Notes under the pieces: model-generated | What the model was told of the DNA's origin: nothing | The model's input: the letters and a program-made list of their open reading frames with translations, nothing else | Database searches by the model: none | Shown here: piece by piece, positions 9,025 through 17,344 of the stretch | Position numbering within the stretch: the stretch's first letter is position 1 | Layout of the letters: each line of letters opens with the position of its first letter | NCBI GenBank assembly: GCA_045599805.1 | Contig: JAZRWQ010000133.1 | Coordinates: 1-48,123 of the forward strand | Source of the DNA: Eubacteriales bacterium | Lineage (GTDB): Bacteria; Bacillota; Clostridia; Oscillospirales; UMGS1783 | DNA: 48,123 bases | Direction of reading: 5' to 3' | Position numbers and translations under genes: made by a program

Positions 9025-9903
9025 ATGGCAGTAAAATCAGTTACGGCATTTCTGAATCATTTAAAAAAAGATAAAAACGCAAGTCCGAACACGTTAAAAG
9101 CATACGATCGCGATCTTACCCAGTTTGTTGACAGAATAAAATCCCGCGGTATTAGAAACCCTGCATCAGCTTCCCATGCTGATGTGCAGGAATATGCCGA
9201 TTTTCTTCACAGCTCCGGCAAATCCAGCAGCTCGGTCGTAAGGGCGCTTTCGTGTATACGGAATTATTATAAATTTCTTACCGATAACGGACTCATTGCG
9301 CTTAATCCTGCCGAAAATATTCATTACGAGGAAGTTAAAAGAAAAACGCCGGATTTTTTAAATGAAAATGAATTATCACAGCTTTTGGAACAGCCGGACA
9401 AATACAGCGCAAAAGGAATACGGGATAAAGCAATACTTGAACTTTTAAGCGCAACCGGAATGCAGGTAAACGAACTTATTGCTCTTAATACTTCAGATAT
9501 CAACTTATCCATTAAAACCGTGGTTATAGCAAAAAATGAGGAAAACGAAAGAATACTTCCGCTTAATATAAGCGCATTCTCGGCTGTAAAAGCATATATG
9601 GATAAAATTCGTCCACTGCATCTTGCCGAAGATACAGATGCTCTTTTTATAAATTCTGGCGGATTGCCGCTGACGAGGCAGGGGATATGGAAGATTGTGA
9701 GCAAATATGCCTCAAATGCCGGAATTACCCGTTCGGTTTCTCCTCAAACAATTCGGAATACATTTATAAACAGAATGTTGAAAAACGGTGTTGATATAAA
9801 AGATGTCCGGGAAATAATAGGGCATATTGATATCATTTCAACAAAAGCTTACGCCAAGTTGATTACGGAAAAATATTCCGATATATATTCTAAGCTCAAA
9901 TAA
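9025..9903 (+). CDS. xerD: XerD-like tyrosine recombinase with a non-canonical catalytic set
   Basis: It aligns by eye with E. coli XerD along its length (RDKAILELLSATG..., GHIDIISTKAY). Arg-I is Gln (ATGMQVNEL; CAG at 9463-9465) and His-II is Gln (SPQTIRN). Lys, Arg-II, His-III and Tyr are present. Confidence 0.8.
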   Translation: MAVKSVTAFLNHLKKDKNASPNTLKAYDRDLTQFVDRIKSRGIRNPASASHADVQEYADFLHSSGKSSSSVVRALSCIRNYYKFLTDNGLIALNPAENIHYEEVKRKTPDFLNENELSQLLEQPDKYSAKGIRDKAILELLSATGMQVNELIALNTSDINLSIKTVVIAKNEENERILPLNISAFSAVKAYMDKIRPLHLAEDTDALFINSGGLPLTRQGIWKIVSKYASNAGITRSVSPQTIRNTFINRMLKNGVDIKDVREIIGHIDIISTKAYAKLITEKYSDIYSKLK

Positions 9904-9932
9904 AAAATGCCTATTGGGCATACTTTCGGGTG

Positions 9933-9948
9933 GATAAGGAAGTATTTT
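9933..9948. repeat. Left copy of a perfect 16-bp inverted repeat (GATAAGGAAGTATTTT)
   Basis: It is the exact reverse complement of 10890-10905 and lies 30 nt after the xerD stop. Confidence 0.85.
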
Positions 9949-10043
9949 CGGATGAGGGATTTTGTACGGCAAAATCCGATGCTCGTTAAACGTGTAGACA
10001 AATCAGAATTTGTGGAGTTGCATATACACAAAAGGAAAATACT

Positions 10044-10805
10044 ATGAGTTATTTCAAATATAACGGAAAGAAGATATATTACGAAGAACATGGGAGCGGT
10101 GAAGCGCTTATACTATTACACGGCAACACAGTATCCGGCAAGTTCTTCACACCGATTATTTCTATGCTTGCAGAGAAGTATCATGTAATCACTTTGGATT
10201 TTCTGGGCTGCGGTCAGTCTGACAGAATTAAGGAGTGGCCTGCCGACCTGTGGTACGAATGGTCTGGACAGGTTGTAGCTCTTTGTGATGAACTGAGACT
10301 TGCCAAAGTAAAACTGATTGGCTGCAGTGGCGGCGCACTCGTGGCCATCAATATTGCACTTGAGAAACCGGAACTTGTCGAATGCGTTGTGGCTGACAGT
10401 TTTGAGGGATTAAAAGCTGCCCCGGAAATTACTGAGCAGATTCGTATGGGACGAAAATTTGCCAAACAGAACGCAGAATTCTGCTCAATGCTAAAAATAA
10501 TGCATGGTGAGGACTGGGAAAGTGTGATTGACGCAGATACGGAAGCTGTGGTTGCTCATGCAAAAACGATCGGTTCATTCTTCCATAAACCTATTGAAGA
10601 ACTGAAAGCGAATTTGTTCCTTACAGGCAGTGCTGAAGACGAAATGTTCCCGAAAAATCATTACGAAAAACTATTTGAGGATATCTGTGGGAGATCTTGT
10701 ATGGCTAAATCGCACATCTTTGCTCATGGTGGACATCCTGCAATGATGAGCAATACGGAAAAATTCATTTCATTATGCGAAGAATCCTTTGCTGAAACGA
10801 ATTAA
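10044..10805 (+). CDS. Alpha/beta-fold hydrolase
   Basis: Oxyanion region LLHGN, nucleophile elbow GCSGG (G-x-S-x-G), an acidic residue in GSAEDEM and a His in HGGHP. AAGGA SD 7 nt upstream of the ATG. Confidence 0.85.
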   Translation: MSYFKYNGKKIYYEEHGSGEALILLHGNTVSGKFFTPIISMLAEKYHVITLDFLGCGQSDRIKEWPADLWYEWSGQVVALCDELRLAKVKLIGCSGGALVAINIALEKPELVECVVADSFEGLKAAPEITEQIRMGRKFAKQNAEFCSMLKIMHGEDWESVIDADTEAVVAHAKTIGSFFHKPIEELKANLFLTGSAEDEMFPKNHYEKLFEDICGRSCMAKSHIFAHGGHPAMMSNTEKFISLCEESFAETN

Positions 10806-10843
10806 ACAGCATTAACAAATCCCAGCTTGTCGAACTAAAAGAT

Positions 10844-10880
10844 AACCCACCGAAGAAGTGTTTATCCTCTCCGGTGGGTT
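10844..10880 (+). terminator. Possible terminator hairpin after the hydrolase gene
   Basis: AACCCACCG ... CGGTGGGTT forms a 9-bp GC-rich stem, but the loop is 19 nt and the T tract is weak (TGTTCTG). Confidence 0.35.
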
Positions 10881-10889
10881 TGTTCTGTC

Positions 10890-10905
10890 AAAATACTTCC
10901 TTATC
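10890..10905. repeat. Right copy of the perfect 16-bp inverted repeat (AAAATACTTCCTTATC)
   Basis: Exact reverse complement of 9933-9948. It lies between the hydrolase hairpin and the stop codon of the recombinase gene. Confidence 0.85.
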
Positions 10906-10921
10906 GCCACGATCCGATTTT

Positions 10922-11902
10922 TTATTTGTTTATTTTTATTTTGTTAAGAGGATTCATATTTGCGGCATCCATGAGCTGATTGTCGCTTAAGTGCGTATAT
11001 ATTTGCGTTGTTGCAAGACTGGTGTGACCGAGGATTTCCTGCAAAACTCTCACATCAACTCCGTTCTGATACATAAGCGTTGCCGCAGTATGACGAAGTT
11101 TATGTACGGAGTATTTCTGAGGATCAAGTCCGGCTTTTAAAATATAATTTTTAACAAGGTGCTGCACTGTTTGATGGCTTATTCGAGTGCCTCTGTTACT
11201 AATAAACAACGCATTTTTGTCACTGTCAACCGGCTTTTTTCGAACTTTCAGATATTCGTCAATGGCATAATTGCAGGCACTGTTAAGATAAACCGTGCGT
11301 TCTTTATTGCCTTTACCTAAAACCGTTAAATATGAATCTCTTATATTGGTTTTATTTATACCAACAAGTTCAGACAGACGAATACCGCAATTTAAGAAAA
11401 TGGTAATTATTGCAAAGTCGCGTTCCTTATTAGGACCGTCAACAGCCTTCAGGAGTGAAACGGCTTCATCAAGTGACATATACTTGGGCAAAGATTTTTT
11501 CTTTTTGGGAGAATCAAGCTCAAGCATCGGATTTTTTTTGATCAGATAAGCTTTATTTGTAAGGTATTTATAAAAGCTTCGAAGGCTTGAAATTTTACGC
11601 GCACGGGCCGCAGATGCATTGGAGCGTTCATTCAGAACATAATTCAAATATGAATATACGTCTGAGAGTGAAACAGATTCAATCAGATCGATGGAAACAT
11701 CATTTACGGAAATTCTATTAAAATCGCAATCATCTAAAACAAGACCTTTATGTTTTTTAATGTATCTGAAAAAGGTTTTTAAATCAAGATAATATTCATA
11801 AACGGTTTTAGGAGATCTGCCGTGAATGGTTTCCATATATATTAGGAAATTGCGAATTGGCTCCGAAACATCGGAATATTTGTATTCTGACATATTTTTC
11901 AC
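10922..11902 (-). CDS. Tyrosine recombinase / site-specific integrase (Xer-like, catalytically canonical)
   Basis: N-terminal SAM-like core-binding domain. Full catalytic set: CGIRLSEL (Arg-I), GKGNKER (Lys), HKLRHT (His-II/Arg-II), GHTSLATTQIYTH (His-III/Tyr). GGGGGAG SD. Confidence 0.9.
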   Translation of the reverse strand: MKNMSEYKYSDVSEPIRNFLIYMETIHGRSPKTVYEYYLDLKTFFRYIKKHKGLVLDDCDFNRISVNDVSIDLIESVSLSDVYSYLNYVLNERSNASAARARKISSLRSFYKYLTNKAYLIKKNPMLELDSPKKKKSLPKYMSLDEAVSLLKAVDGPNKERDFAIITIFLNCGIRLSELVGINKTNIRDSYLTVLGKGNKERTVYLNSACNYAIDEYLKVRKKPVDSDKNALFISNRGTRISHQTVQHLVKNYILKAGLDPQKYSVHKLRHTAATLMYQNGVDVRVLQEILGHTSLATTQIYTHLSDNQLMDAANMNPLNKIKINK

Positions 11903-11908
11903 TCCCCC

Positions 11909-11940
11909 TAATTAAACAAAATTCTTATTTTGTTTAATTA
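11909..11940. promoter_or_regulatory. Perfect 13-6-13 palindrome (candidate recombinase binding, dif-like or operator site)
   Basis: TAATTAAACAAAA-TTCTTA-TTTTGTTTAATTA. Both arms are exact reverse complements. It starts 7 nt upstream of the recombinase start codon region and SD, and overlaps the -10 of the recombinase promoter. Confidence 0.8.
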
Positions 11941-11965
11941 TATATCAAAAAATTATAATTGTCAA
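11937..11965 (-). promoter_or_regulatory. Consensus sigma-A-type promoter for the recombinase gene
   Basis: Minus strand reads TTGACA (11965-11960), 17-nt spacer, TATAAT (11942-11937). The predicted transcription start falls inside the palindrome. Confidence 0.6.
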
Positions 11966-12031
11966 TAATATCTTCCCTTTTTATTTAAAATATAGTAAAA
12001 TATAAAAAATACAGTTTACGAGGTGTAATTC

Positions 12032-12937
12032 ATGTGGAATGAAATAATAATCAAAGTTAAAGCCGCTGATTGTGATAAGGTTTGCGATGAAATTAATATG
12101 CTTGACTATGACGGAATGTATATCGAAGATTATTCCGATATGATGGATAATATTTTAGTTCAGCGCACTAATCTTGTTGAACAGGAGCTTCTTGATAAAA
12201 TCGGAACTGATTCCGTAATACATACTTATCTTGACGAAAAATATAATCCTACGGAATACGGCATTTATCTTGAAAATAAGCTTTCTGCTTTATCTGTCGC
12301 CTACTCTATCGAAATTAAACCTATCGAAGACAGAAACTGGATAGATGAATGGAAAAAGTATTTTAAAACGTTTTCTATCGGTAATATTGTTATCGTACCG
12401 AGCTGGGAGGATTATATCCCACAAAATAATGATAAAATAATACATCTTGACCCGGGTGCCGCATTCGGCACCGGTACGCATGAGACCACCAGAATGTGCG
12501 TCGAGGCGCTTCAGGAAGTAACGAATCCCGATGATGAGGTTCTTGATGTCGGCAGCGGAAGCGGAATACTTGCAATATCGTCGATTTTATGCGGTGCAAA
12601 GCATGCGATTGGCGTTGATATAGATCCCCTTTCCGTTACAACTGCGATAGAAAATGCGAAAATAAACGGTTTATCAGATAAATTGGAGTTTTTCGAAGGT
12701 GATCTTACTGATTGCGTATCCGGAAAATTTAACGTAATTACGGCAAATATCGTTGCAGATGTAATCGTTGTGTTATTGAAAGATATTCGTAAATTCATGG
12801 CCGAAGGATGTAAATTAATTCTCTCGGGTATTATTACGGATAGATATAATATAGTTGATGAGGCTATAAAGCAATATGGCTTTACAGTAGTTTCACATAA
12901 GCAATTAAAGGAATGGCATTGTATTATAGTAGAATAA
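12032..12937 (+). CDS. prmA: Ribosomal protein L11 methyltransferase
   Basis: Motifs PGAAFGTGTHETT and the SAM-binding VLDVGSGSGILAI. 301 aa. Confidence 0.9.
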   Translation: MWNEIIIKVKAADCDKVCDEINMLDYDGMYIEDYSDMMDNILVQRTNLVEQELLDKIGTDSVIHTYLDEKYNPTEYGIYLENKLSALSVAYSIEIKPIEDRNWIDEWKKYFKTFSIGNIVIVPSWEDYIPQNNDKIIHLDPGAAFGTGTHETTRMCVEALQEVTNPDDEVLDVGSGSGILAISSILCGAKHAIGVDIDPLSVTTAIENAKINGLSDKLEFFEGDLTDCVSGKFNVITANIVADVIVVLLKDIRKFMAEGCKLILSGIITDRYNIVDEAIKQYGFTVVSHKQLKEWHCIIVE

Positions 12938-12941
12938 AGTA

Positions 12942-12966
12942 AAGGCTCTCACGAAGTGAGAGCCTT
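12942..12966. terminator. Bidirectional hairpin terminator between prmA and the aminopeptidase ORF
   Basis: AAGGCTCTCAC-GAA-GTGAGAGCCTT: a perfect 11-bp stem followed by CTATTTTTA. Confidence 0.65.
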
Positions 12967-12972
12967 CTATTT

Positions 12973-14985
12973 TTATGCTTCTTTGAAATACCAATATATT
13001 GCTTTATACATGTGATAAAGGTCAAGCTTGCTTATGATTTCATATGGTGCGTGCATGGAGATTACGGCAACGCCGAAGTCAAGTACATCGATATCAAAAC
13101 GTGCAACGAATTTTGCAACGGTTCCTCCGCCGCCTTCGTCAACCTTGCCGAGTTCGCCCGTCTGCCAAACTACTTCATTTCTGTCCATAATATCCTGTAT
13201 CTTTGCAACGAATTCTGCGTGGCAGTCGCTTGTCTGTGACTTCCCTGCACTGCCGGTATATTTGGTGATAACAGGACCGCGATTCATATGAGCGCAGTTG
13301 TATTTATCCATTACGCTTGGATAGGTAGGATCAAATGCTGCGTTAACATCAGCGGAAATGCAGGTGGAATTATGCAGGCATTCTCTGGGGTTAACACCGT
13401 TTGTCGCGCATAAATCCTCGATAAAATGCAGTAAATAGAAAGATTCAAGACCGGTATTGCCGGTAGAACCTATCTCTTCTCTGTCGGTAAGGCACGCGAT
13501 AGCGGTTTTGTCCGGAGTTTCCTTTAAATCCATTACTGCAGACAGGCACGGATATGCGCATACCTTGTCGTCATGTCCGTATGCAAGTATCATGGATCTG
13601 TCAAAGCCGAGGTCTCTCGCTTTCATTGCAGGCAGAACGGAAAGCTCTGCAGAGGTGAAATCTTTTTCTGTAATGTCGTATTTATCATAAAGGATGGAGA
13701 GTATGTTGAGCTTAACTCTTTCGGATGCTTTATCATCCTTAAAGGGACGGCTGCCGATAAGAACGTTGAGCGCCTCCCCTTCTATCGCCTCTCGTAAGTT
13801 TTTATCCATCTGATGACGGGAAAGATGCGGTAAGAGGTCGCTTATGCAGAAAACCGGATCATCGTCATCAAAGCCGATGTTGATTTCTGTTTTCGTGCCG
13901 TCATTTTTAACTATGACTCCGTAGAGTGCAAGCGGCATGGCTGTCCACTGATATTTTTTAACGCCGCCGTAATAGTGTGTTTTTAAAAGGCAAAGGTCGT
14001 TATCTTCATACATCGGAGTGGGTTTGATGTCAAGTCTCGGAGTGTCGATATGTGCTGCTGCAATGTTCACGCCTTCTTTAAAACTCTTTTTGCCGATATA
14101 TGCCGCTATAACTGATTTATCTCTGTTATTGAAATAAATCTTATCGCCGGTATTGTATTTTTTGCCGAATTCAAAAGGAACGAATCCTGCATCTTCAAGA
14201 GCTTTAATCGAATATTGTGTGCAGGCTCTCTCTGTGCGGCTGTTGTCAAGGAAGTTCATATACTTCTTGGCGTAGTCATAAGCGATGTTTATTTCTTCAT
14301 CACTCATGATATCAAAACCGTTTTTCTGTTCATAGAAAAGCTTGTCTTTAAGGATTTCGCCGGGTGTCTTTTCGCTCATTTTATTTACCTCTTTTTTATA
14401 TATGATATTGTATATTTCATTTGTTTTTTCATATAGGTTTTCCAACGAGCCGTCATTATCAATGGTGTAGTCGGCAATGTCGGTGTAATAGCTGTCATCT
14501 TTCTGTGCAGACAGACGAAGTTTTGCCTCATCATATGTAAGGTTATCTCGTCTGCATATCATATCAAGTCTTTGCTGTATCGGAGCTGTTACCGCGATAT
14601 TGTAGTCGCAATCTTTATATAATCCGCTTTCTATAAGCGTTGCACCGTCTATGACAACACCGATGCAATCGGTTTTACGAAGATTGGTTACGGTGGCTCT
14701 AATGTCGGATAAAATGTATTTATGTGTTATGCTGTTCAGTAATTCCGTATTTCTTTTTGATGAGAACGCCGCAGCTGCCAGGGTTTTTCTGTTTAGTGTC
14801 CCATCATTATTAAGGATTTCCGTGCCGAAATTTTCTGTCAATTCCTTAAGACAGGGACTGCCTTTTAACACGACCTTACGCGCGACTGTGTCGCAGTCAA
14901 TGTTATATAATCCTTTTCGGGAAAGATATTCGGATACTGAACTTTTTCCGCATCCGGATCCTCCGTTTATTCCGATAATGAACAT
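12973..14985 (-). CDS. coaE: Single ORF encoding dephospho-CoA kinase (CoaE, N-terminal 202 aa) fused in frame to an M18-family aminopeptidase (C-terminal 468 aa)
   Basis: The CoaE part has the GINGGSGCGKSS P-loop and spans 14985-14380. The aminopeptidase part (MSEKTPGEIL...) starts at the ATG at 14379, which has its own AAGAGG SD 8 nt upstream. No stop codon separates the two. The CoaE ATG overlaps the tsaC stop (TAATG). Confidence 0.8.
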   Translation of the reverse strand: MFIIGINGGSGCGKSSVSEYLSRKGLYNIDCDTVARKVVLKGSPCLKELTENFGTEILNNDGTLNRKTLAAAAFSSKRNTELLNSITHKYILSDIRATVTNLRKTDCIGVVIDGATLIESGLYKDCDYNIAVTAPIQQRLDMICRRDNLTYDEAKLRLSAQKDDSYYTDIADYTIDNDGSLENLYEKTNEIYNIIYKKEVNKMSEKTPGEILKDKLFYEQKNGFDIMSDEEINIAYDYAKKYMNFLDNSRTERACTQYSIKALEDAGFVPFEFGKKYNTGDKIYFNNRDKSVIAAYIGKKSFKEGVNIAAAHIDTPRLDIKPTPMYEDNDLCLLKTHYYGGVKKYQWTAMPLALYGVIVKNDGTKTEINIGFDDDDPVFCISDLLPHLSRHQMDKNLREAIEGEALNVLIGSRPFKDDKASERVKLNILSILYDKYDITEKDFTSAELSVLPAMKARDLGFDRSMILAYGHDDKVCAYPCLSAVMDLKETPDKTAIACLTDREEIGSTGNTGLESFYLLHFIEDLCATNGVNPRECLHNSTCISADVNAAFDPTYPSVMDKYNCAHMNRGPVITKYTGSAGKSQTSDCHAEFVAKIQDIMDRNEVVWQTGELGKVDEGGGGTVAKFVARFDIDVLDFGVAVISMHAPYEIISKLDLYHMYKAIYWYFKEA

Positions 14986-16007
14986 TATTTCACCTCTATT
15001 ACAGTATAGCCGGAAGCTTTTGCAAGGCGGTTGTATACTCCGAGAAAAACGCCGTCGGCACGACATTTGCGTGAATATATGGTATTTACATCGGTTTCGT
15101 CAAACTCGCGAAGAACAGAGAATAAATTATGCGAAAGCGATATAGGGTCTTCCCGGTTCCCCATTGATTTTACAAGTCCCCTATCAAATAATTTTTCTTC
15201 ACCGTCAAAACATATAATACCGTCTTTTTTTTCGGCGTGGTTATTTATGTATTTTATTACCGCATCGTCATCGCCGTCAATAAGTACTATTTTTGCGTTC
15301 GGCGCATAGTGACGGTACTTCATGCCGGGTGCCTGAGCTTTGAAATCATCCGACATCTTTTGGAATATAGCCGGAGAAAGCTTGATTTCACCTATTAAGG
15401 CTTCCATTTCTTCCCTGCTTATTCTCCCGGGACGCAAAAGCGTCGGCACGTTATCCGACATATTTATTATGGTACTTTCAACACCTATGTCACAGCTTCC
15501 GCCGTCAACTATGTACGGAATTTTGCCATTTAAATCGTGATATACGTGCTGTGCGGTGGTTGTGCTGGGTTTGCCCGAAGTATTTGCGGAAGGGGCCGCA
15601 AGAGGAACGCCGGCGTATTCTATTATTTTACGCGCGATTTCGTTTTGGGGACATCTTACAGCAACGGTATCAAGTCCTGCCGTAACCTCTTTGGGTATAA
15701 TCGGATCAGCTTTTAATACGATTGTCAATGGTCCCGGCCAAAAGGTTTTCATAAGCAAAAGCGCTTTATCGCTTATCTCTTTAACATATCTTTTGCATTC
15801 TTCCTGTTTTGATATGTGGATTATAAGCGGATTGTCCTGAGGACGGCCTTTTGCCTCAAAGATACGCTTTACCGATGAGCCAATCAGTGCGTTTGCGGCA
15901 AGCCCGTACACCGTTTCGGTGGGTATTCCCACAAGCTCGCCTTTTTTTAACGCCTGTGCGGCAATTTTTAAATTTTCCGTTGAAGGAGATAATATTACAG
16001 TTTCCAT
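14985..16007 (-). CDS. tsaC: L-threonylcarbamoyladenylate synthase (long Sua5/YwlC form: YrdC plus Sua5 domains)
   Basis: YrdC-domain motifs (PTETVYGLAANA, KGRPQDNPLIIH, SANTSGKPS) plus a C-terminal Sua5 domain of about 130 aa. Confidence 0.9.
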   Translation of the reverse strand: METVILSPSTENLKIAAQALKKGELVGIPTETVYGLAANALIGSSVKRIFEAKGRPQDNPLIIHISKQEECKRYVKEISDKALLLMKTFWPGPLTIVLKADPIIPKEVTAGLDTVAVRCPQNEIARKIIEYAGVPLAAPSANTSGKPSTTTAQHVYHDLNGKIPYIVDGGSCDIGVESTIINMSDNVPTLLRPGRISREEMEALIGEIKLSPAIFQKMSDDFKAQAPGMKYRHYAPNAKIVLIDGDDDAVIKYINNHAEKKDGIICFDGEEKLFDRGLVKSMGNREDPISLSHNLFSVLREFDETDVNTIYSRKCRADGVFLGVYNRLAKASGYTVIEVK

Positions 16008-16011
16008 TAAA

Positions 16012-17073
16012 TTATGCCTTCAGTTTTTCAGCCTGGGCATTGGCGATAAGTGCGTTGAGCATTTCGTCCAGATCCCCGTTCAAAAAGCTTTCGAGTTTAT
16101 ATAATGTAAGGTTTATTCTATGGTCGGTTACACGGCCCTGCGGGAAATTGTAGGTCCTTATTCTTTCGCTGCGGTCGCCGCTGCCTACCTGATCTTTTCT
16201 GTCGGCTGATATTTTGTCATCCTGCTCTTTTTTGTACATGTTATACAGGCGTGAACGAAGCATCTTAAGCGCCATATCCTTATTTTGATGTTGGCTTCGT
16301 TCGTTCTGACATTCGACAACTATGCCTGTGGGTATATGTGTCATTCTTATTGCGGAGGAGGTTTTGTTGATATGCTGACCGCCTGCGCCGCTTGCTCTGA
16401 AAACATCAATCTGTAAATCAGCCGGATTTATGTCGACTTCCACATCTTCCACTTCGGGAAGCACCGCAACGGTAACAGCAGATGTTTGTATCCTTCCTTG
16501 TGATTCCGTCTCGGGAACACGCTGAACACGGTGAGTGCCGCTTTCGAATTTAAGACGGCTGAAGACACCGGTTCCCTCCACCAGGAAGGTTATTTCCTTA
16601 TATCCGCCAAGCTCGGTTTCGTTTCCGTTTATGACTTCAATGCGGTAATTATGTGTTTCGGCGTACATTGAGTACATACGGAAAAGCGAATTTGCAAATA
16701 GTGTTGATTCTTCTCCGCCAACGCCTGCACGGATTTCTATTATTGCGCTCTTGTCATCATTTTCATCTTTGGGTAAAAGAAGTATTTTAAGCTCTTCAAT
16801 AACCTGAGCCATGTGCTCTTTTTCGCCGAAGTATTCTTCCTCGATCCAGTCCTTTGTTTCTTTATCTAAGGGAGTTGCAAGCATTTTTTCTGCATCTTCG
16901 AATGATGCCTGCGCGGTAAGATACTCGTTATATTTATCAACAATCGGAGTAAGCTCTTTATATTCTTTCATAAGACGCTTGTACTCGTTCTGATTACTTA
17001 TTGTTTCGGGCAACGTAAGCTTTTCGTTTATGGAATCGTATTTCGCTTTAATATCTTTCAGTTTATTCAGCAT
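16012..17073 (-). CDS. prfA: Peptide chain release factor 1
   Basis: GGQ motif (SGAGGQHINKT) and an RF1-type P-x-T tripeptide region (RVPETESQGRIQTSA). 353 aa. Confidence 0.95.
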   Translation of the reverse strand: MLNKLKDIKAKYDSINEKLTLPETISNQNEYKRLMKEYKELTPIVDKYNEYLTAQASFEDAEKMLATPLDKETKDWIEEEYFGEKEHMAQVIEELKILLLPKDENDDKSAIIEIRAGVGGEESTLFANSLFRMYSMYAETHNYRIEVINGNETELGGYKEITFLVEGTGVFSRLKFESGTHRVQRVPETESQGRIQTSAVTVAVLPEVEDVEVDINPADLQIDVFRASGAGGQHINKTSSAIRMTHIPTGIVVECQNERSQHQNKDMALKMLRSRLYNMYKKEQDDKISADRKDQVGSGDRSERIRTYNFPQGRVTDHRINLTLYKLESFLNGDLDEMLNALIANAQAEKLKA

Positions 17074-17251
17074 CGTCTGCTACAACCTTTTTTATTGATT
17101 TTAATATTTTAACACGAGGTATCATAAGTTCTCTGCCGCATTTGTCGCATTTCAGCTTGAAATCAAGCCCGGTACGAAATATCGTAAATACCGCGTTTCC
17201 GCAGGGATGTGATTTTTTCAGAATGACTTTATCGCCAACCTTTATATCCAT
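17063..17251 (-). CDS. DUF951-family small protein
   Basis: 62 aa with VGDKVILKKSHPCG ... CDKCGR, a zinc-ribbon-like pattern typical of DUF951. It overlaps the prfA start by 11 nt. Confidence 0.75.
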   Translation of the reverse strand: MDIKVGDKVILKKSHPCGNAVFTIFRTGLDFKLKCDKCGRELMIPRVKILKSIKKVVADDAE

Positions 17252-17315
17252 ATAAACACCTCTTTGATATTATAGCAAATCAATAATAAAAAATCAATAA
17301 ATTGGAAGTATTCTA

Positions 17316-17344
17316 TTGCAATAAGGCCAATAAAAAATTATAAT
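17316..17344 (+). promoter_or_regulatory. Sigma-A-type promoter upstream of ruvX
   Basis: TTGCAA (17316-17321), 17-nt spacer, TATAAT (17339-17344). The -10 overlaps the ATG at 17343. If the promoter is real, ruvX probably starts at the TTG at 17361 (MIIIGIDFG). Confidence 0.45.

Noticed and set aside
10936-10945. The 10-mer TTATTTTGTT occurs at 10936-10945 and again at 11925-11934. As direct repeats these would exactly flank the recombinase gene, like att-type repeats.
   Set aside because: A 10-nt AT-only match is likely by chance in AT-rich DNA. One copy lies within Lys/Asn codons of the gene itself and the other is part of the palindrome arm.
14651-15145. A 164-aa plus-strand ORF across the coaE/tsaC junction.
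   Set aside because: It is antisense to two conserved genes joined by a TAATG overlap. It has no motif and no SD.
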